Shown here: positions 59,861 to 64,000 of the stretch, one piece after another
How positions within the stretch are numbered: position 1 is the first letter of the stretch
Layout of the letters: every line of letters starts with the position of its first letter
Assembly (NCBI GenBank): GCA_965645245.1
Contig: OZ287070.1
Span: 1,240,001 to 1,304,000 of the forward strand
From: Massalongia carnosa
Lineage: Eukaryota
Direction: 5' to 3'
Length of the DNA stretch: 64,000 bases
The notes under the pieces: generated by a model
Database searches by the model: none
Seen by the model: only the letters and a program-made list of their open reading frames with translations
Told to the model about the DNA's origin: nothing
Translations under genes and position numbers: made by a program

Positions 59861-62800
59861 ATGGCAAAAAGTCCACCAGTACCGGCTGCTCAACCTTCTA
59901 CCCATGCCTCCCAGCTTAGAGAAGAAGTTCTTGCTCAAGCACAAGCTGCTGCAGTGGGTAACATGAGCGATCATCAAGCGATAAGAGAGAATCCATCATC
60001 CGGCGCGATACCTATTGCGCCAGCTGGTACTAGAATTTCTACGTCTACAGATAAGCTTGCAACGTGCGTTACAACCCAAGTCTGTTAACATTCTGAAATT
60101 TTGGGTAACAAGCGCTGACCAAATGAAACTCATTACAGAAATCCAACCTTACAACCTACAGAAGCCCATTCTCCTTTGCAAAACACATTTTCAAGTTCCA
60201 TTGAGAATGCTCCACCAGCAGCCTATAGCGAAACATACGGTCAAGTGGACTTCAGCCAAGATGGTTTTAACACCCAGGCAAGGGTAGCAAGTACTGGTGA
60301 AACTGACAGCATGACATATACCGAAGCTGATGATTTTTAGACGATGGCCGAGTTAACATTCATATTAACCAGAAATCCCGTCGACTGTCTGAGCTGTTGG
60401 TACCGGCTTTGCGAAGCCAGCTCAACCTTCAGCAGGAGCATGAGGCATCTCCGACACATTCCCCTTATATTCCCCCCTCTCTCGGCGGACAGCCGGTTCA
60501 ACTACCTCCCCCACCACTGAATGTTACAATTCACGTGGTTGGCTCGCGTGGAGATGTCCAGCCATTCGTCGCATTGGGGATAGTCCTGAAGGAGAAATAC
60601 GGACATCGTGTAAGACTAGCCACTCACCCGACCTTCAGGTCTTTCGTCGAGGAAAATGGGCTTGAGTTCTTCAGTATTGGGGGTGATCCTGCGGAGCTCA
60701 TGGCATTTATGGTGAAGAATCCTGGCCTCATGCCTGGAATAGATTCTCTTCGAGCTGGAGATGTTGGCAAACGACGGAAAGATATGTACGAGATCGTCCA
60801 GGGTTGTTGGAGATCCTGTATTGAAATCGGTGATGGAACGGGCATCAGAGCTTCTGACGACAACATGGGCAGTCGCTCTAGCATTGATAGTGGAATTGTT
60901 ATGGATGGGGATTCGTCTGTGCGACCTTTCGTGGCAGATGCAATTATCGCAAACCCCCCTAGTTTCGCCCACATTCATTGCGCTGAAAAGCTTGGGATTC
61001 CGTTGCATTTAATGTTTACGTTAGTTCTTCGAAGTAAGGGAGTCGGCAAAGATGGATATGATATTAATAGTGTTACAGCATGCCATACTCACCCACCCAG
61101 GCGTTCCCGCATCCTTTGGCAAATATTCAATCATCAAACGCAGATGCAAGCATCACGAATTTCGTTTCCTATGCGCTCGTCGAGATGATGACTTGGCAAG
61201 GACTTGGAGATGTGATCAACCGGTTTCGAGAGGACAGTCTTGGGCTTGAGCCTGTCAGCCTGATGTGGGCCCCTGGTATGGCAAGTCGGCTGCGCATCCC
61301 TTACACATATTGCTGGTGAGACCTTTTTCCTGTCCAAATTAACCTAATTTAGCGCTATATGATGCTGATTGTGAGTTTAAGGTCCCCAACCTTGATCCCG
61401 AAGCCAAAAGATTGGGGCCCACATATTTCGATTTCTGGCTTTTATTTTCTGTCCTTGGCTAGTAACTTCACGCCAGATCCTGAGCTTGCCAACTTTCTTC
61501 GAAGCGGCCCAGCACCAATCTACATTGGATTTGGATCTATTGTGGTTGACGATCCTAACGCAATGACCAAACTCATCTTTGAAGCAGTAAAGAAAACGGG
61601 CCAACGGGCACTTGTATCAAAGGGCTGGGGTGGGTTTGGTGCTGATGCTATGGGTATTCCGGATGGCGTCTTCATGCTGGGGAATGTTCCCCATGATTGG
61701 CTCTTCAAACATGTCTCCTGCGTGGTACACCATGGAGGTGCTGGGACAACCGCAGCCGGTATTGCCATGGGCAAACCGACCGTTGTTGTCCCGTTCTTTG
61801 GGGATCAGCCCTTCTGGGGAGCAATGGTTGCAAAGGCTGGAGCTGGACCTACGCCAGTACCTAGTAAAAACCTCACTGCTGATAATCTTGCGGCTGCTAT
61901 ACTAGCAGCATTGGAGCCTGCGGCCCTAGAAAAGGCTCAAAGGCTGGGTGCTAGTATTAGCTCAGAAGTTGGTACCGAGGTTGGAGCCCAAAGCTTCCAT
62001 GACAAACTAGATATGGACTCCTTACGATGCACCTTAGTGCCCACCCGGGCAGCGGCCTGGCGTATTAAACGAACCAATATCAGATTAAGCCCATTCGCTG
62101 CAGCAACCCTGGGGCATGAAGGTTTGCTAGACTTTAGTGATCTGAAGCTGTGGGCCTATCTCTCTTTCCTTGTGTTGATTAATAGTGCTCGCTGACTGCC
62201 GTTAGCTATCGGCCCAGGGAATATGACTCAGAGGATGGTCCATGGGATCCTATCTCTGGTGGAGCTTCAGCCCTTCTTGGGACACTCGGCAGCCTTGCAA
62301 TGGGCTTTGCTGACTTTCCAGTTGAAATACTCAAGGCTCTAAGGATCAAATCTACAGAAGACAAGAAGATAGGAGACATCACACAACAGGTCCAAACAGC
62401 GAGCACAGAAGTGAGCAAAGTAGAAACCGCGAGTTCAAGTTTGCCAAATGTGTCAAATGCCGGGAAGCCAGATCACCTTAAGCGTACGGAATCTCCGTCG
62501 CCTACCAAAGAAGGTATATCGACTTCGGAAAACGTTACCTTAAATAAAATCGACACCCCACAGTCACCTAAAAGTCACAGCCTGAAGGGTAATGGCCACA
62601 GTAGTTCCAGCAACTCCCTACAAGGATTCTTCCATCGGAACTCTACGTCACATGCTCAAGGTCCATCAGTGCACCGGTCTCAGTCTCAGTCGAGCTCGAA
62701 TACTGAGCCTGGCTCGCAGCATCTTCACAGATCTTTTACGGCTAACCAGGCTAGTCAGATATCAATAGAGGCTGCCTTAGGGGCAGGTAAGGGAATTGGT

Positions 62801-64000
62801 CGCATTGTCGGCGCAGGTCTCAAATCACCCATGGATTTCACGCTTAGCTTGGCAAGAGGGTTCCACAACGCGCCAAAACTTTACGGTGATGAGAGTGTAC
62901 GCGAAGCGGACAAGATTACCGGCATCCACAGCGGTCTGAAAGCTGCTGGCAAGGTCTGTTGCTTAACAAAGCGAAAACTAAAAAATGCCCATGGTCTGAT
63001 AGCGTATAGGAATTCGGCCTTGGTTTTTACGACGGTATCACCGGCTTGCTTACTCAACCTTTCGAAGGAGCAAAGAAAGAAGGCGTGGCTGGATTAATCA
63101 AAGGGTTTGGCAAGGGACTTGGAGGGGTGGTACTGAAACCTGGAGCAGGTGTGGACTGTTTCCTGATAAGCTCTTTTGAAGACGCTAACTGTTAAGCAAT
63201 CTGGGGTTTGCCGGGTTACACGTTCAAGGGTATCTACAAAGAAATCCAGAAACTCTACGGGTCCAGCGTTCAAAATTATATTGTTGCCTCACGGACTGCG
63301 CAAGGATACGAAGATTGGGGTAAATCTAGCCATGAGGAGCGTCTTAACGTGGTCAGCCGATGGCATGAGGTTCAGCTTCAACTAGATAAGGAGAAGCAGC
63401 AAGCACGCCATAACAGCTTTTACACCCCGCAAGGCTTCCTTAAAAGCAGGCACTTGTCTTGCGACGATAGGAAAAGGAATCACCATAGTAAGAAACTTCA
63501 GAAGAGGAACCAGAGAGCCAAAGAGCCAAGCCGAACCAACAGCGATAGCGCGGTTATAGATGCTCCACTGCATCATGCTCGAACTTATCCTGTTATTTCT
63601 ATTGGGCGTTCAGACAGCGCTGCGTTCGAGGAGGCCATCCAAACCTCTGTCGCAGCCACTTCTCGAGGAGATCTAAAGCAAGATCAGCTCATTGAGCGCG
63701 CGATACGCGCGAGTGTACTTGAGCTGCAGTCAGCGTCTCAAGAAGGGGATAATAATGAAGCGATTCAGCGAGCTATTCAAGCCAGCATTACTGAGGCAAC
63801 TCGAGCTCGTGCCGAACATGCAGAGAGTGAATCTGCGCCAACTCATAGTGATAGCGATCACCACAGCGAACAACTTCAGGCCGCAATACACCGAAGCATC
63901 AGCATGCATGATAAAGTGGGTTCCAATGAGGAACAACGCCAATCTTCTAGGGACGATTTTGACGACTCGGGCGTGGACACCGAAGATGATGAAAACATAA
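59861..64000 (+). CDS. UDP-glucose:sterol glucosyltransferase-like protein (GT1, GT28_N domain), multi-exon, runs off the window end
   Basis: LNVTIHVVGSRGDVQPF, GHRVRLATH, AIIANPP, PIYIGFGS, VPHDWLF, HHGGAGTT, PFFGDQPFW; UIM-like repeats at the C-terminus. Confidence 0.92.

Overview
Eukaryotic, intron-rich DNA from a filamentous ascomycete (Pezizomycotina-type genes, CTAAC/CTGAC branch sites, GT-AG introns). Bases 1-27.5 kb are a dense block of housekeeping genes: CHK1, RPL31, a small bHLH, HIS4, MAS1, SDH4, UTP11, CMC1-like, TAF9, PAH1, an FN3/coiled-coil protein, a G-patch protein and THG1. A MITE sits in the MAS1/SDH4 divergent promoter, and a possibly structured non-coding RNA lies at about 3.65-3.99 kb. 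Bases 27.6-59.4 kb are a roughly 32-kb nested transposon island between the divergent THG1 and sterol glucosyltransferase genes. The island holds one intact and one decayed Ty3/Gypsy chromovirus, a hAT element, two Tc1-like relics, a pogo relic, many solo LTRs, a minisatellite, and a 562-bp non-coding TRIM. The TRIM has an 11-nt Tf1-type self-priming signal and an internal Pol III B-box-like motif and is the most novel-looking object here. Boundaries and target-site duplications (TSDs) were read by eye; family names come from motif recognition, not database searches.
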